Source: an uncultured Eubacteriales bacterium
GTDB taxonomy: Bacteria; Bacillota; Clostridia; TANB77; CAG-508
NCBI GenBank assembly: GCA_949288175.1
Contig: CASEIV010000005.1
Span: 8,191 to 72,190, forward strand
Direction: 5' to 3'
DNA: 64,000 nt
The notes beneath the pieces are model-generated. The model did not search any database. It had not been told where the DNA came from and saw nothing but the letters and a program-made list of their open reading frames with translations. This document shows positions 31,062 to 41,705 of this stretch, piece after piece. How positions within the stretch are numbered: position 1 is the stretch's first letter; each line of letters starts with the position of its first letter. Both the position numbers and the translations under genes were made by a program.

Positions 31062-31523
31062 TTAATTTTCATCAGAATTATTTTCTTCTGTCACTTCTTT
31101 CTTATCTTCTTTTTCATTCATAACTGTGTCTGTGTTAACACCTTGAACATGTACATTCACTTCTTCTACTTTTAATCCTGTCATATTTTCTACTGATTTT
31201 TTAACTCTATTTTGTATTTCAAAAGCAACATCTGGTATTCTTGAACCATATTCTACAATAATATTAACATCTATCTTCGCTGTATCTTCATCAATTTCTA
31301 CTTTAATTCCTTTTGCTAGATTTTTCTTTCCACTTAATACTTCTGTAATTCCTCCTGCAAATCCTCCTGACATTCCAGATACACCTTGTACTTCTGAAAC
31401 AGCCACACCTGCTATAACAGCTACAACATCACTTGATATTTGAATCCCTTCATTTTCTGTTTTTATTTCTTCATCTAATTCTACAACTTCCCCATTTTCT
31501 ACATTTTTGTTTTCTTCACTCAT
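31062..31523 (-). CDS. Asp23/Gls24 family protein
   Basis: ISSDVVAVIAGVA, KGIKV, VEYG, MTGL.V.EVNVHV. Confidence 0.92.
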   Translation of the reverse strand: MSEENKNVENGEVVELDEEIKTENEGIQISSDVVAVIAGVAVSEVQGVSGMSGGFAGGITEVLSGKKNLAKGIKVEIDEDTAKIDVNIIVEYGSRIPDVAFEIQNRVKKSVENMTGLKVEEVNVHVQGVNTDTVMNEKEDKKEVTEENNSDEN

Positions 31524-31659
31524 ATAAATTCCTCCTTTCTTTTTTCTTAAAAAAGAAAAAAGATATACTTATTTTTCCATATAAGTATATCAATTTTTTA
31601 TGAATTTTACAACTATTTTCACAATATTTACACTTTTTTAAGAAATTGAACATTGGAAG

Positions 31660-32616
31660 TTATTCAAAAACATCAAATTCTTGTATAGGATTTCCCCTTA
31701 AATAATCTTGTATAGTCATTCTTTTAGCATTTTCACCTTGTATTTCTAAAACTTTTAATATGCCTTCCTTACATTTGATAAATATGCCATCTTTAGGGTC
31801 TGATACAATCACTGTACCATTTGTTAAAAATCCTAAATTTTCTGCATATATTTCATCTTCTCCTGCGACTTTTACTTTCCAAAACTTTATCTTTTTTTCA
31901 TTTAAAAATGTGTAGGCTCCCATGATAGGATTTAATCCTCTGACCAAATTTTTAATTTCTTCCGCTGTTTTATGATTCCAATCAATTTTTGCCATATCTT
32001 TTGATAACATTGGTGCAACTGTATAATCTTCTCCTTGTTTTTCTCTTGGAGCTGTTCCTTTTTCAATTTGTTTTAATGTTTCTACCAATAACTCTCCACC
32101 AATCACTTTCAATCTATCCCATAATTCTCCTGTTGTTTCCTCTTCTCCAATTTCTACTTCTTGTTTTAAAATCATATCTCCTGTATCCATTCCTACATCC
32201 ATATACATGGTTGTCACACCAGTTGTTTTATCTCCATTTAATACAGCCCATTGAACAGGTGCTGCACCTCTATATTGAGGTAATAATGATGCATGAACAT
32301 TAATACAACCATATGGCGGAATATCTAATATTTCTTTTGGTAAGATTTTTCCATAAGCTACTACACAGATAACATCAGGTTGTAATGCTTTCAACTCATT
32401 TATAAATTCTTCATTATTTTTAACTTTTTCTGGTTGGTAAATTGTTAAATTCTTTTCTATTGCAAATTCTTTTACAGGGCTAGGAATCGTTTTCATTCCT
32501 CTTCCTTTTGGTCTATCTGGATTTGTTACAACTCCTATAATTTCATGTCCTGCTTCATAAATTGCTTTTAAGCTTTCTTCTGCAAAGTCTGGTGTTCCCA
32601 TAAATACAATTTTCAT
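31660..32616 (-). CDS. fmt: Methionyl-tRNA formyltransferase
   Basis: MKIVFMGTPDFA, NVHASLLP.YRGAAP. Confidence 0.97.
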   Translation of the reverse strand: MKIVFMGTPDFAEESLKAIYEAGHEIIGVVTNPDRPKGRGMKTIPSPVKEFAIEKNLTIYQPEKVKNNEEFINELKALQPDVICVVAYGKILPKEILDIPPYGCINVHASLLPQYRGAAPVQWAVLNGDKTTGVTTMYMDVGMDTGDMILKQEVEIGEEETTGELWDRLKVIGGELLVETLKQIEKGTAPREKQGEDYTVAPMLSKDMAKIDWNHKTAEEIKNLVRGLNPIMGAYTFLNEKKIKFWKVKVAGEDEIYAENLGFLTNGTVIVSDPKDGIFIKCKEGILKVLEIQGENAKRMTIQDYLRGNPIQEFDVFE

Positions 32617-32651
32617 AAATTTCTCCTTTTCTTATTGTATAGAAAAAATTA

Positions 32652-33137
32652 TTATTTTTCTGGTTCAATATACTCTAACGTTCCTGGAATAATTTTATCA
32701 ATAAATAACTCGCCTTCTAAGTGGTCAAGTTCATGTGAGATAGCTTGTGCTAATAATTCTTTTGCCTTTACTCTCATTCGTTTTCCTTCTCTATCTATAT
32801 ATTCTGCTACCACTTCTGATGGTCTGATTACTTTTGCAAATTCATTTGGAAAACTCAAACAACCTTCATCCACTTCTTGTTCTCCTTTTGTTTTGATAAT
32901 CACTGGATTAATTAATACAATTGGTCCATGATTATCATATAAATCAATTACCACAATTCTTTTTAACACACCCACTTGAACAGCAGCTAGTCCTACTCCA
33001 TTATATTTATGCATCGTTTCTATCATATCATCAATCAAAGATTGTATTTTTTCACTTGCAATATCCTCTTCTGGAACTTCTCTTGATTTTTTCTTTAAAA
33101 TGTCATCTCCTTGATATCTTAGATTTCTAATTGCCAT
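32652..33137 (-). CDS. def: Peptide deformylase
   Basis: GVGLAA.Q, EGCLS, HELDH. Confidence 0.97.
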   Translation of the reverse strand: MAIRNLRYQGDDILKKKSREVPEEDIASEKIQSLIDDMIETMHKYNGVGLAAVQVGVLKRIVVIDLYDNHGPIVLINPVIIKTKGEQEVDEGCLSFPNEFAKVIRPSEVVAEYIDREGKRMRVKAKELLAQAISHELDHLEGELFIDKIIPGTLEYIEPEK

Positions 33138-33156
33138 ATTTTCTCACATTCCTTTC

Positions 33157-35409
33157 TTAAGACATATTGTTTGGATTAATATCAATTGCAATCCTTGTAT
33201 CTTTTATATTTTCCTGATATATCTCTTTTAAACAAGTATTGAAAACTTCATTTGCCTCTTCTGTCATGTTCCCTTTTATGATAATTCTCCATCTGTATCT
33301 ATTTTGAATTTTATCAATTGGACAAGGCATTGGTCTTAACACTTTAAATTCTTCTTTGTTTAATCTTTGTTCTAAATACTGATATATTTTACTAGATACT
33401 TTTTTTATCTCTGCCTCTTGATAACTATTTAGTCCAATCAATATTATATCGCAAAATGGTGGATATTTCAACTGTTCTCTAAGTGCAATTTCTGTTTCAT
33501 AAAACAAGTCATAATTCTGTTTTTGTGCACAAATAATGCTAAAATTATCTGGATTATATGTTTGAATAACTACTTTTCCTGGTAGATTTTCCCTACCTGC
33601 TCTTCCAGCCACTTGTGTTAAGATTTGGAAGGTTCTTTCATTTGCTCGATAATCATCAATATTTAAAGAACTATCTGCTGCAATAACCCCTACCAAAGTT
33701 ACATTGGGAAAATGATGTCCTTTTACTACCATTTGTGTCCCAATCAAAATATCAATATTCTCATTTTTAAATGTATTTAAAATCATTTCATGTGAATTTT
33801 TCTTTGTTACTGTATCAATATCCATTCGAATGGTGGATGCTTCTGGGAATTGTTTGTGGATTTCTTGTTCTAGTTTTTGTGTTCCTGTTCCAAAATATCG
33901 AATTTTATCACTATGACATTCTGGACAAATGGTCACAATATTTTCTTCATGTCCACAATAATGACATTTTAGCTTTCTTTCATAACTGTGATATGTCATA
34001 CTAATATTACAGTTTGGGCATTTTACTGTATATCCACAATTTCTACACATAATAAAAGTAGAATACCCTCTTCTATTCAAAAATAAAATGGTCTGTCTTT
34101 TCTGTTTTAGATTTTCTTCAATGCTATTATATAACTCCATACTAAGCATTGAACGATTTCCATTGGCTAATTCTTGCTTTAAGTCAATAATTTCTACTTT
34201 TGGAAGTGAAGATTGATTGGCTCTCTTGGTAAGTGTTAATAATTTGATTTTTGTATTTCCAACCTCATCTTCATTTGTCGCGTTATAGAAAGTTGTCATA
34301 TCAGGTGTTGCACTTCCTAATACCAATGGTGCTTGATTTTCTTTTGCCAAAACTTTTGCAATTTCTTTGGCATTATATCTTGGATTGTTTTCTGATTTAT
34401 ATGAGCTATCATGTTCTTCATCTATAATAATAATTCCAATATTTTCGATTGGTGCAAATATAGCAGATCTTGCTCCTATAACAATTCTTGCCTTTTTTTC
34501 TCGAATTCTTTCCCATTCATCATGTCTTTCTCCAATCGATAATTTACTATGTAAAATAGCAATCTCTTCTTTCCCAAATCGTGAAATAAATCTATCTAAC
34601 ATCTGTGGTGTTAATGATATCTCTGGTACTAGCACAATCGCATTTCTACCAGTGTGTAATACTTTTTCAATTAATTGTAAATACACTTCTGTCTTTCCAG
34701 AACCTGTGACACCATACAATAGAAATTGCTTATATTCTTTTTTATCAATTGCTTCTTCCACACTTTTATAAGCTTTTTCTTGCTCTTCGGTTAGATGTAA
34801 TTTCTCTGTTTTTTCACACTCTCTCCCTAATAGGGGATTTCTTTCCACCTTTTTTTCTACCATTTCTAAATAGCCATTCTTTACTAGAGTATTAACAATT
34901 CCTCTTGCACAATCTGTAAACATTTCAATTTCTGGTACAGTTGCTCCTTCATTGTCTTTTATAAAGTTCAATACTCTTTTTTGTTTTTCCGATTTAATCT
35001 TTTCAGTCTGTATTTCAAATTCGATTTCTTCTATATCTTTTTTTAAATATACACAATTAATCGTTTTATCTTGAATTCTTTTTTCTTTATTTTTATTTCT
35101 TGTTCCTGGTGTTAGCATTAATTTGATACAATCTGATACATTACAGAAATATCTCTTTGCCATCCATTTAGCTAGTGCAATTTGTTTGTCTGTTAAATTT
35201 TCTTCTAGTTTTGCGATATCTTTTACTTCAAATTGTGATGTTTCCTTCAATCCTACAACAAATGCTTCTGTTAGTTTTCCACCTTTACCAAAAGGAACTA
35301 ATACTTTACTTCCTACTAATATTAGTTCTTCTAATTCCTTTGGTATGTTATAGTCAAAGGTTCTATTTAGTTTTTTTGCTCCTCTATTAATAATGATTTC
35401 TGCTACCAT
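33157..35409 (-). CDS. priA: Primosomal protein N'
   Basis: GVTGSGKTE, DEEH, Cys-rich zinc motifs, QVAGRAGR. Confidence 0.96.
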   Translation of the reverse strand: MVAEIIINRGAKKLNRTFDYNIPKELEELILVGSKVLVPFGKGGKLTEAFVVGLKETSQFEVKDIAKLEENLTDKQIALAKWMAKRYFCNVSDCIKLMLTPGTRNKNKEKRIQDKTINCVYLKKDIEEIEFEIQTEKIKSEKQKRVLNFIKDNEGATVPEIEMFTDCARGIVNTLVKNGYLEMVEKKVERNPLLGRECEKTEKLHLTEEQEKAYKSVEEAIDKKEYKQFLLYGVTGSGKTEVYLQLIEKVLHTGRNAIVLVPEISLTPQMLDRFISRFGKEEIAILHSKLSIGERHDEWERIREKKARIVIGARSAIFAPIENIGIIIIDEEHDSSYKSENNPRYNAKEIAKVLAKENQAPLVLGSATPDMTTFYNATNEDEVGNTKIKLLTLTKRANQSSLPKVEIIDLKQELANGNRSMLSMELYNSIEENLKQKRQTILFLNRRGYSTFIMCRNCGYTVKCPNCNISMTYHSYERKLKCHYCGHEENIVTICPECHSDKIRYFGTGTQKLEQEIHKQFPEASTIRMDIDTVTKKNSHEMILNTFKNENIDILIGTQMVVKGHHFPNVTLVGVIAADSSLNIDDYRANERTFQILTQVAGRAGRENLPGKVVIQTYNPDNFSIICAQKQNYDLFYETEIALREQLKYPPFCDIILIGLNSYQEAEIKKVSSKIYQYLEQRLNKEEFKVLRPMPCPIDKIQNRYRWRIIIKGNMTEEANEVFNTCLKEIYQENIKDTRIAIDINPNNMS

Positions 35410-35570
35410 GTTTTCTCCTTTTCTTGTCCTTAAGTATATCAAAGTTTTATTGTTTTAACAAGTTAAAATAAGAATCTGACTTTTCATTTTTCAACTGCGA
35501 CAAAACTTTGTTATTTTTACCACATAAAAAAGAATACTGGTATATATCTATATCCGTATTCTTTTGGTTA

Positions 35571-36893
35571 TTATGCTGTTTCTTTTTCTTCTCCCTCTGG
35601 CACCTGTCTTTTTTTCTTGCCTTTTTGTTGTTTTTGCTTGTTGTTATTTACAACAATATCTGGTGCCTCATTGTCTAATATGGTTTGTTTTGTAATAATA
35701 CATTTTTCAATATTTGGATTTGATGGAATATCAAACATGATATCTCTCATTCTTTCCTCAATAATTGAACGCAATCCTCTTGCTCCTGTTTTTCTTTCAA
35801 TTGCTTTATCGACAATTGCACCTAATGCCTCTTCTTCAAATATTAATTCTACACCATCAATTTCAAATAATTTTTGATATTGCTTAATTAATGAATTTTT
35901 AGGTTCTTTTAATATTGTAATCAAAGCATTTCTATCTAGTTCTTGCAATGTCGCCACAATTGGTAATCTTCCTATAAACTCTGGAATCAAACCAAATTTT
36001 AATAAATCTTGTGGTAGCAATTCTTTAAAAACTTCATATTTGCTAATTTCTTTTGTACTTTCTATTTTAGAACCAAATCCAATAGATTTTTTTCCTGTTC
36101 TATCTTTTATGATATTTTCTAATCCTTCAAATGCACCTCCACAGATAATTAATATATTTTCTGTATTAATTTGAATTAGCTCTTGATTTGGATGTTTTCT
36201 TCCTCCTTGTGGTGGTACTGATGCAATCGTTCCTTCAATAATTTTTAATAAAGCTTGTTGTACACCTTCTCCACTAACATCTCTTGTGATAGATGGATTT
36301 TCTGATTTTCTAGTAATTTTATCAATTTCATCTATATAGATAATACCTTTTTCTGCTTTTTGTACATCTCCATCTGCTGCTTGAATGAGTTTTAATAAGA
36401 TATTTTCAACATCTTCTCCAACATATCCAGCTTCTGTAAGTGTTGTTGCATCTGCGATTGCAAATGGAACATCTAAAATTCTTGCCAATGTTCTTGCAAG
36501 TAACGTTTTTCCACATCCTGTTGGTCCTAATAATAAAATGTTACTTTTTTGTATTTCTACATCATCATCTTTACTTGCATATTCTTCATGTGCAATTCTT
36601 TTATAATGGTTATATACTGCAACAGATAATGTTTTTTTGGCATCTTCTTGCCCAATGACATAATCATCTAATACTTTTTTGATTTCTCTTGGACTTGGAA
36701 TATCATTTAATTCATTTAATGTATATCCTGCTTTATCATCATCATATAACTCTGCTTCTATAATACTATTGCAAAGGTCAATACATTCATCACAAATATA
36801 TACGCCTGGCCCTGCAACAATTTTTCTAACATTTTCTTGTGCCTTACCACAAAATGAACATCTTACACTTTTTGGTACATCATTTTTTGCCAT
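35571..36893 (-). CDS. clpX: ATP-dependent Clp protease ATP-binding subunit
   Basis: CSFCGK zinc finger, [18 protein letters not shown]. Confidence 0.97.
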   Translation of the reverse strand: MAKNDVPKSVRCSFCGKAQENVRKIVAGPGVYICDECIDLCNSIIEAELYDDDKAGYTLNELNDIPSPREIKKVLDDYVIGQEDAKKTLSVAVYNHYKRIAHEEYASKDDDVEIQKSNILLLGPTGCGKTLLARTLARILDVPFAIADATTLTEAGYVGEDVENILLKLIQAADGDVQKAEKGIIYIDEIDKITRKSENPSITRDVSGEGVQQALLKIIEGTIASVPPQGGRKHPNQELIQINTENILIICGGAFEGLENIIKDRTGKKSIGFGSKIESTKEISKYEVFKELLPQDLLKFGLIPEFIGRLPIVATLQELDRNALITILKEPKNSLIKQYQKLFEIDGVELIFEEEALGAIVDKAIERKTGARGLRSIIEERMRDIMFDIPSNPNIEKCIITKQTILDNEAPDIVVNNNKQKQQKGKKKRQVPEGEEKETA

Positions 36894-36994
36894 TTCATTC
36901 TCTCCTTAATTTTTAAAATCTCTTATATTATATTAAATTTAATAATTATTATACACTAATTTTTATCTGTTCATTCTATATAAAAAGATTTTAT

Positions 36995-37600
36995 TTATTT
37001 TCTTTTGTCCATAATTCCATCAATTAATCCATATTTTAAAGCCTCTTCTGCTGTCATATAATTATCTCTTTCTGTATCTTTTTGGATTTGTTCAACTGTT
37101 TGACCTGTTCTTTCACTTAAGAATTTATTTAATTTTTCTCTTGTTTTTACTAAATGGTCTGCATGAATTTTAATTTCTGTTGCTTGACCTGAAAGTCCGC
37201 CACCACCGATTAATGGTTGGTGAATTAAGATTTCTGCATTTGGTGTTGCAAATCTCTTTCCTTTCTCTCCTGCGGCTAAAAGGGCTGCTCCCATACTAGC
37301 TGCCATTCCTATACAAATGGTTGATACTGGGCATTTTATATAATTCATTGTATCAATAATTCCCATTCCATCTGTAATAGAACCTCCAGGTGAATTAATG
37401 TATAGATTGATATCTTTATCTGGGTCTTCTGATTCTAAGAATAATAATTGTGCAATGACTAAACTTGATGTTGTTGGATTAACATCTTCTCCTAAAAAGA
37501 TAATTCTGTCTTTTAATAATCTTGAGAAAATATCATATGATCTTTCTCCTTTGCTTGTTTGTTCTATAACATAAGGTACTAAACTTGCTTTTTCTAACAT
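36995..37600 (-). CDS. clpP: Clp protease proteolytic subunit
   Basis: [16 protein letters not shown]. Confidence 0.97.
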   Translation of the reverse strand: MLEKASLVPYVIEQTSKGERSYDIFSRLLKDRIIFLGEDVNPTTSSLVIAQLLFLESEDPDKDINLYINSPGGSITDGMGIIDTMNYIKCPVSTICIGMAASMGAALLAAGEKGKRFATPNAEILIHQPLIGGGGLSGQATEIKIHADHLVKTREKLNKFLSERTGQTVEQIQKDTERDNYMTAEEALKYGLIDGIMDKRK

Positions 37601-37828
37601 ATAAAATTCCTCCTTTAAAACTTTTATATAAAAATTGCCATCTTGTTAAACTATTCATATCTTTCTTATAAAATTCTAATTTTATTGTTTTTATTTAAAT
37701 ATCTGTAATACTATTTTCCTTATTCCTTTTTGACAATCATTCTTACTATATGTCACCGAAATCTAATTGTCAAAAAAGCTGGGGTTAAAATTTAACTATT
37801 ACATTTAACACCCCAACCTTTTACGATT

Positions 37829-39115
37829 TTATTTTATTTTTGCATTTTCTACTAAAAATTCAAGTGCTTTTTCTGATTCTAATCCTTGTTTGATGTAATT
37901 TCTTACATTTTCATTTTTTAAGAATTCTTCATCATTTTCTCTACCATAATTTTTAGCCATTTCTTTTATTTTTTCATCTATATCGATATCTGCTACCTCT
38001 ATTTTTTCAGCTTTAATAACTGCTTCAATTGCTAAACGAGATTTGATTGCTTCAATTGCTTGAGGCTCATATTCTTTTTGCATTTCTTCTCTTGTTTTTC
38101 CCATCATTTGAAGATATTGGTCTAATCTTAATCCTTGATATGATAATCTTTGTTCCATATCTTTTACCATATTTTCTGTTTCTGTTTCAACCATTCCTGA
38201 TGGAATATCTACTTTTACATTTTCACATACTGCTTTTATAACAGCATCTTGTGTTTCATATTTTGCTCTTTCATCATTTTGTTCTTGTTGTTTCTTTTTA
38301 ATACTTTCTTTTAATTCTTTTAATGTATCAAATTCACTAACATCTTTTGCAAATTCATCATCTAATGTTGGTAATTCTTTTTTCTTGATTTCATTTACTT
38401 TTACTTTAAATGTAGCATCTTTTCCAGCTAAATCTTTTGAGAAATATTCATCTGGGAATTTTACTTGAATATCTTTTTCTTCATCGATTTTCATTCCAAT
38501 AATTTGGTCTTCAAATCCTGGGATAAATGTATTGCTTCCAATTTCTAAGTCATGGTTTTCTGCTTTTCCACCTTCAAAAGCAACTCCATCTACAAATCCT
38601 TCAAAATTAATATTTGCAATATCTCCTTTTTCTACTGGTCTATCTTCTACTGATATTAATCTTGAATTATGTTCTTGCATATGTCCTAATTCATGTTCTA
38701 CATCTTCATCTGTTACTTTATATTCTATTTTTTTGATTTCTACACCTTTATATTTCCCAAGTTCTGCTTCTGGTTTTGTTTGGAATATAGCTGTAAAAAT
38801 TAAGTCTTGTCCTTTTCCAATTTGTGTTACATCTATATCTGGTCTACTAACTACTTCTAATTTGTTTTCTTCTACTGCTTTTTCTAATTCTTCTGGAACA
38901 ACTTCATTAAATGCATCTTCATAGAATATTTCTTTTCCATAATATTTTTCAACAATATTCATTGGTGCTTTACCTTTTCTAAATCCAGGGATATTAAAAT
39001 ATTTCGCACTTTTAAAATATACTTTTTTGATAGCCTCATCAAATTTTTCAGCTTCTATTGTTACATTTAATTTTACTTCATTTGCGTTTTTTGTTTTTTC
39101 TACTTTACATTCCAT
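37829..39115 (-). CDS. tig: Trigger factor
   Basis: IPGFRKGKAP, FKBP domain FIPGFEDQ. Confidence 0.97.
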   Translation of the reverse strand: MECKVEKTKNANEVKLNVTIEAEKFDEAIKKVYFKSAKYFNIPGFRKGKAPMNIVEKYYGKEIFYEDAFNEVVPEELEKAVEENKLEVVSRPDIDVTQIGKGQDLIFTAIFQTKPEAELGKYKGVEIKKIEYKVTDEDVEHELGHMQEHNSRLISVEDRPVEKGDIANINFEGFVDGVAFEGGKAENHDLEIGSNTFIPGFEDQIIGMKIDEEKDIQVKFPDEYFSKDLAGKDATFKVKVNEIKKKELPTLDDEFAKDVSEFDTLKELKESIKKKQQEQNDERAKYETQDAVIKAVCENVKVDIPSGMVETETENMVKDMEQRLSYQGLRLDQYLQMMGKTREEMQKEYEPQAIEAIKSRLAIEAVIKAEKIEVADIDIDEKIKEMAKNYGRENDEEFLKNENVRNYIKQGLESEKALEFLVENAKIK

Positions 39116-39282
39116 TATTATTCAATCCTTTCTTTATTCATATAGCTTAATTATTATACCACATTTTTCCTAATTTGCAAGGATTTTTAAATATTTTTTG
39201 AAAAATACTTGTTTTTTTCATACTTTTGTGTTAAACTTGTTAATAGTCAGTTTATTTTAAAAATTAGGAGGTGCAATTAAGA

Positions 39283-39480
39283 ATGGCTAAATGTGCAATA
39301 TGTGATAAATCAGTTAATCATGGAAATAAACTTAGTATTACACGTTCTCACATTAGTAAAAGATCTTCACGTACATGGAAACCAAATTTAAGAAGTGTTA
39401 AAGTTACAGAAAATGGTGAAACAAAGAGAATTTATGTATGTGCTAAATGTTTAAGAGATGGAAAAGTAAAGAGAGCATAA
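39283..39480 (+). CDS. rpmB: 50S ribosomal protein L28
   Basis: MAKCAICDK...RTWKPNL...VCAKCLR. Confidence 0.95.
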   Translation: MAKCAICDKSVNHGNKLSITRSHISKRSSRTWKPNLRSVKVTENGETKRIYVCAKCLRDGKVKRA

Positions 39481-39588
39481 GCTCTTTTTTTTGATACATG
39501 TTAAGTAGAGTTCAATGAATCTTTTTGAACTCTACTTTTCTTATTGTATAGAAAATTAGAGTTTATCTTAATCATCTGTGAAATTTTT

Positions 39589-39669
39589 CTAATTCTTATC
39601 TTTTATTCCAAATATCAACTTTACAAATCCTCTCAAGAATTTTGGAACTTTTTTAACTACAATTGTCAT
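39589..39669 (-). CDS. spoVM: SpoVM-like 26-aa amphipathic peptide
   Basis: RBS aaggaggg, then MTIVVKKVPKFLRGFVKLIFGIKDKN; PKFL motif, length and position next to rpmB match spoVM. Confidence 0.75.
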   Translation of the reverse strand: MTIVVKKVPKFLRGFVKLIFGIKDKN

Positions 39670-39690
39670 CTATGTATCCCTCCTTTTATA

Positions 39691-39840
39691 TTAGCATGCT
39701 AACCACATAAATCCAACGCATACCACTACTACTCCTATCATAAATAACCAGCCTGTTATTGGAAGTAATAAAACTAATAATATACCTAAGCCTAAACCTA
39801 TTAAGCAAATAGCCAGTGTTTTTCGAAATAATTTTAACAT
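39691..39840 (-). CDS. Small two-TM protein (49 aa)
   Basis: RBS ggagg, then MLKLFRKTLAICLIGLGLGILLVLLLPITGWLFMIGVVVVCVGFMWLAC. Confidence 0.65.
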   Translation of the reverse strand: MLKLFRKTLAICLIGLGLGILLVLLLPITGWLFMIGVVVVCVGFMWLAC

Positions 39841-40062
39841 GTTATTACCTCCATTCTCTTTTGTATATTATATTCTCGACTTTTCTTTATGTTACATTTA
39901 TGGTAACTCTTTTAAAAAAACTATTATAAATCACTCTATACTTTTATAATTAATCTTACAAATGATTTGTTGCCTTTTACTCTATTCATTGACTTTTCCT
40001 TATTTTTTCTTTACAATATATAATAATTTAAAAAGAAATACTTATATAAGAAGGGATGATAT

Positions 40063-40701
40063 ATGAACAAAAAAGACACAGTAAAAATGGTAGAAATTTT
40101 AAAACAAACTTATCCAGATGCCACTTGTAGTTTAGATTTTGAAACACCTTTTCAAGCAGTTGTTGCTGTTATTCTTTCTGCACAATGTACAGATGAAAGA
40201 GTCAATAAAACAACACCTGCCCTTTTTGAAAGATGTAAAACTGTAGAAGATTTTGCAAATATAGATATAAAAGAACTTGAAGATTTTATCCATCCTTGTG
40301 GTTTTTTCAAAAATAAAGCAAAAAATATTAAATTATGTGCAAATCAAGTACTAGAAAAATTTGATGGGCAAGTACCAAATACCATGGAAGATTTAATGAG
40401 TTTAGCAGGTGTTGGTAGAAAAACAGCTAATGTTGTCTTACTAGAAGTGTTTGGAATTGCAGAAGGCGTTGCTGTTGATACTCATGCAAAACGAATTTCT
40501 AATTTAATTGGTTTATCTAATGAAAAAGAACCTGAAAAAATCGAACAAGATTTAATTAAGATTTTTCCAAAAGAATATTTAAAAGATATCAATCATTTAT
40601 TTGTTTGGCATGGTAGAAATACTTGTATTGCTAGAAATCCGAAATGTGATGATTGTACAGTTAAGACATATTGTAAACATTATAAGAAAAATGTGCGTTA
40701 A
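40063..40701 (+). CDS. nth: Endonuclease III
   Basis: LSAQCTD, HhH GVGRKTANV, VDTH, C-x6-C-x2-C-x5-C Fe-S motif. Confidence 0.96.
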   Translation: MNKKDTVKMVEILKQTYPDATCSLDFETPFQAVVAVILSAQCTDERVNKTTPALFERCKTVEDFANIDIKELEDFIHPCGFFKNKAKNIKLCANQVLEKFDGQVPNTMEDLMSLAGVGRKTANVVLLEVFGIAEGVAVDTHAKRISNLIGLSNEKEPEKIEQDLIKIFPKEYLKDINHLFVWHGRNTCIARNPKCDDCTVKTYCKHYKKNVR

Positions 40702-40740
40702 CAAAATTAGAGATTTCTACACACAAATTTTAAATCTATA

Positions 40741-40781
40741 TTTTCAAAAGAAGGAATCTGCATTGCAAGATTCCTTCTTTG
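40741..40781. terminator. Bidirectional terminator hairpin (near-duplicate at 43021-43060)
   Basis: aaaagaaggaatct...agattccttcttt between convergent genes. Confidence 0.75.
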
Positions 40782-40869
40782 CCTAGTTTAATTCTAGTTT
40801 TGTGTGTTTGGCTTTCGGGTTAACGGTTATGCTCTGATAACTCCTCCTGCTCCAGACTTTATCATTCTT

Positions 40870-41259
40870 TCAGCAGGTGTCTTCCTCGTCACAGTCATCT
40901 TCTTCATCTGCGTCGCCGTCTTCCTCGTCATCATCATCGTCGTCATCCTCAGGCTCCACATAGTTTTCGAAGTCTGTTTCATTAAACAGCGTCTGTAATT
41001 CCTCCGGTACGTCGTCTCTGAAAATCCATGTTTGCCAATCCCCTTCCGGGCAAAATACGAGATAGTCACCGTCATTATCAATTTTCAAATCGGTATACGG
41101 TATCGCATGATATCCCCCCAGACAGGTATGGCATTCGAATACGATGCATAAATTCTCGGCCGTAGGTTCTACATCATTAAGCCGTTCTATATCGCCGTCG
41201 TCAGCTAACCAATATGAGTGGTTAGGATCAAGTGTTTTTACATATTTTTCAATAGTCAT
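40870..41259 (-). CDS. Highly acidic hypothetical protein, GC-richer than its surroundings; in-frame CGG at codon 26
   Basis: RBS aggaggg, upstream TTGACA box, poly-Asp/Glu tail. Confidence 0.65.
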   Translation of the reverse strand: MTIEKYVKTLDPNHSYWLADDGDIERLNDVEPTAENLCIVFECHTCLGGYHAIPYTDLKIDNDGDYLVFCPEGDWQTWIFRDDVPEELQTLFNETDFENYVEPEDDDDDDDEEDGDADEEDDCDEEDTC

Positions 41260-41419
41260 TTTTTCCCTCCTACTAAAAATTAGTCATTGTAGCCTTACAC
41301 ACTTAAATCAGCCATCTAGGTATATCTAGTATATTACATTTTATGTAAATTGTCAATCATATTTTAAAGTTAGCTTATATCTTACGACCTTTTTTCTTTT
41401 TATAACATTCATATATTTT

Positions 41420-41448
41420 GTATATTTATTCATCTTTCTTCCATACTA
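41420..41448 (+). promoter_or_regulatory. Putative sigma-G type promoter
   Basis: GTATA-17 nt-CATACTA upstream of the small Cys-rich ORF. Confidence 0.5.
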
Positions 41449-41466
41449 GTATGTAGAGGTGATTTT

Positions 41467-41607
41467 TTGACAAATATTAATTGTTCACTAAATTGTATTT
41501 ATCAAAAAGATGGTAAATGTTCTTATTCTAGTATCACACCTACCATTTTTTCAACAACAAGTGAATGTGCTTACTTTGTTGATAAATCAGAAAAGAAAAC
41601 TCAATGA
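41467..41607 (+). CDS. Small four-Cys protein (46 aa)
   Basis: RBS gaggtg, TTG start: MTNINCSLNCIYQKDGKCSYSSITPTIFSTTSECAYFVDKSEKKTQ. Confidence 0.6.
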   Translation: MTNINCSLNCIYQKDGKCSYSSITPTIFSTTSECAYFVDKSEKKTQ

Positions 41608-41705
41608 CCAACTATTAGGACTACCCAGTTGGTCATTTTTAATTATTGACAAAATCCTTTTTCCGTTATATATTTCTATTAATATTAATTTAAAAGGAGG
41701 ATATT

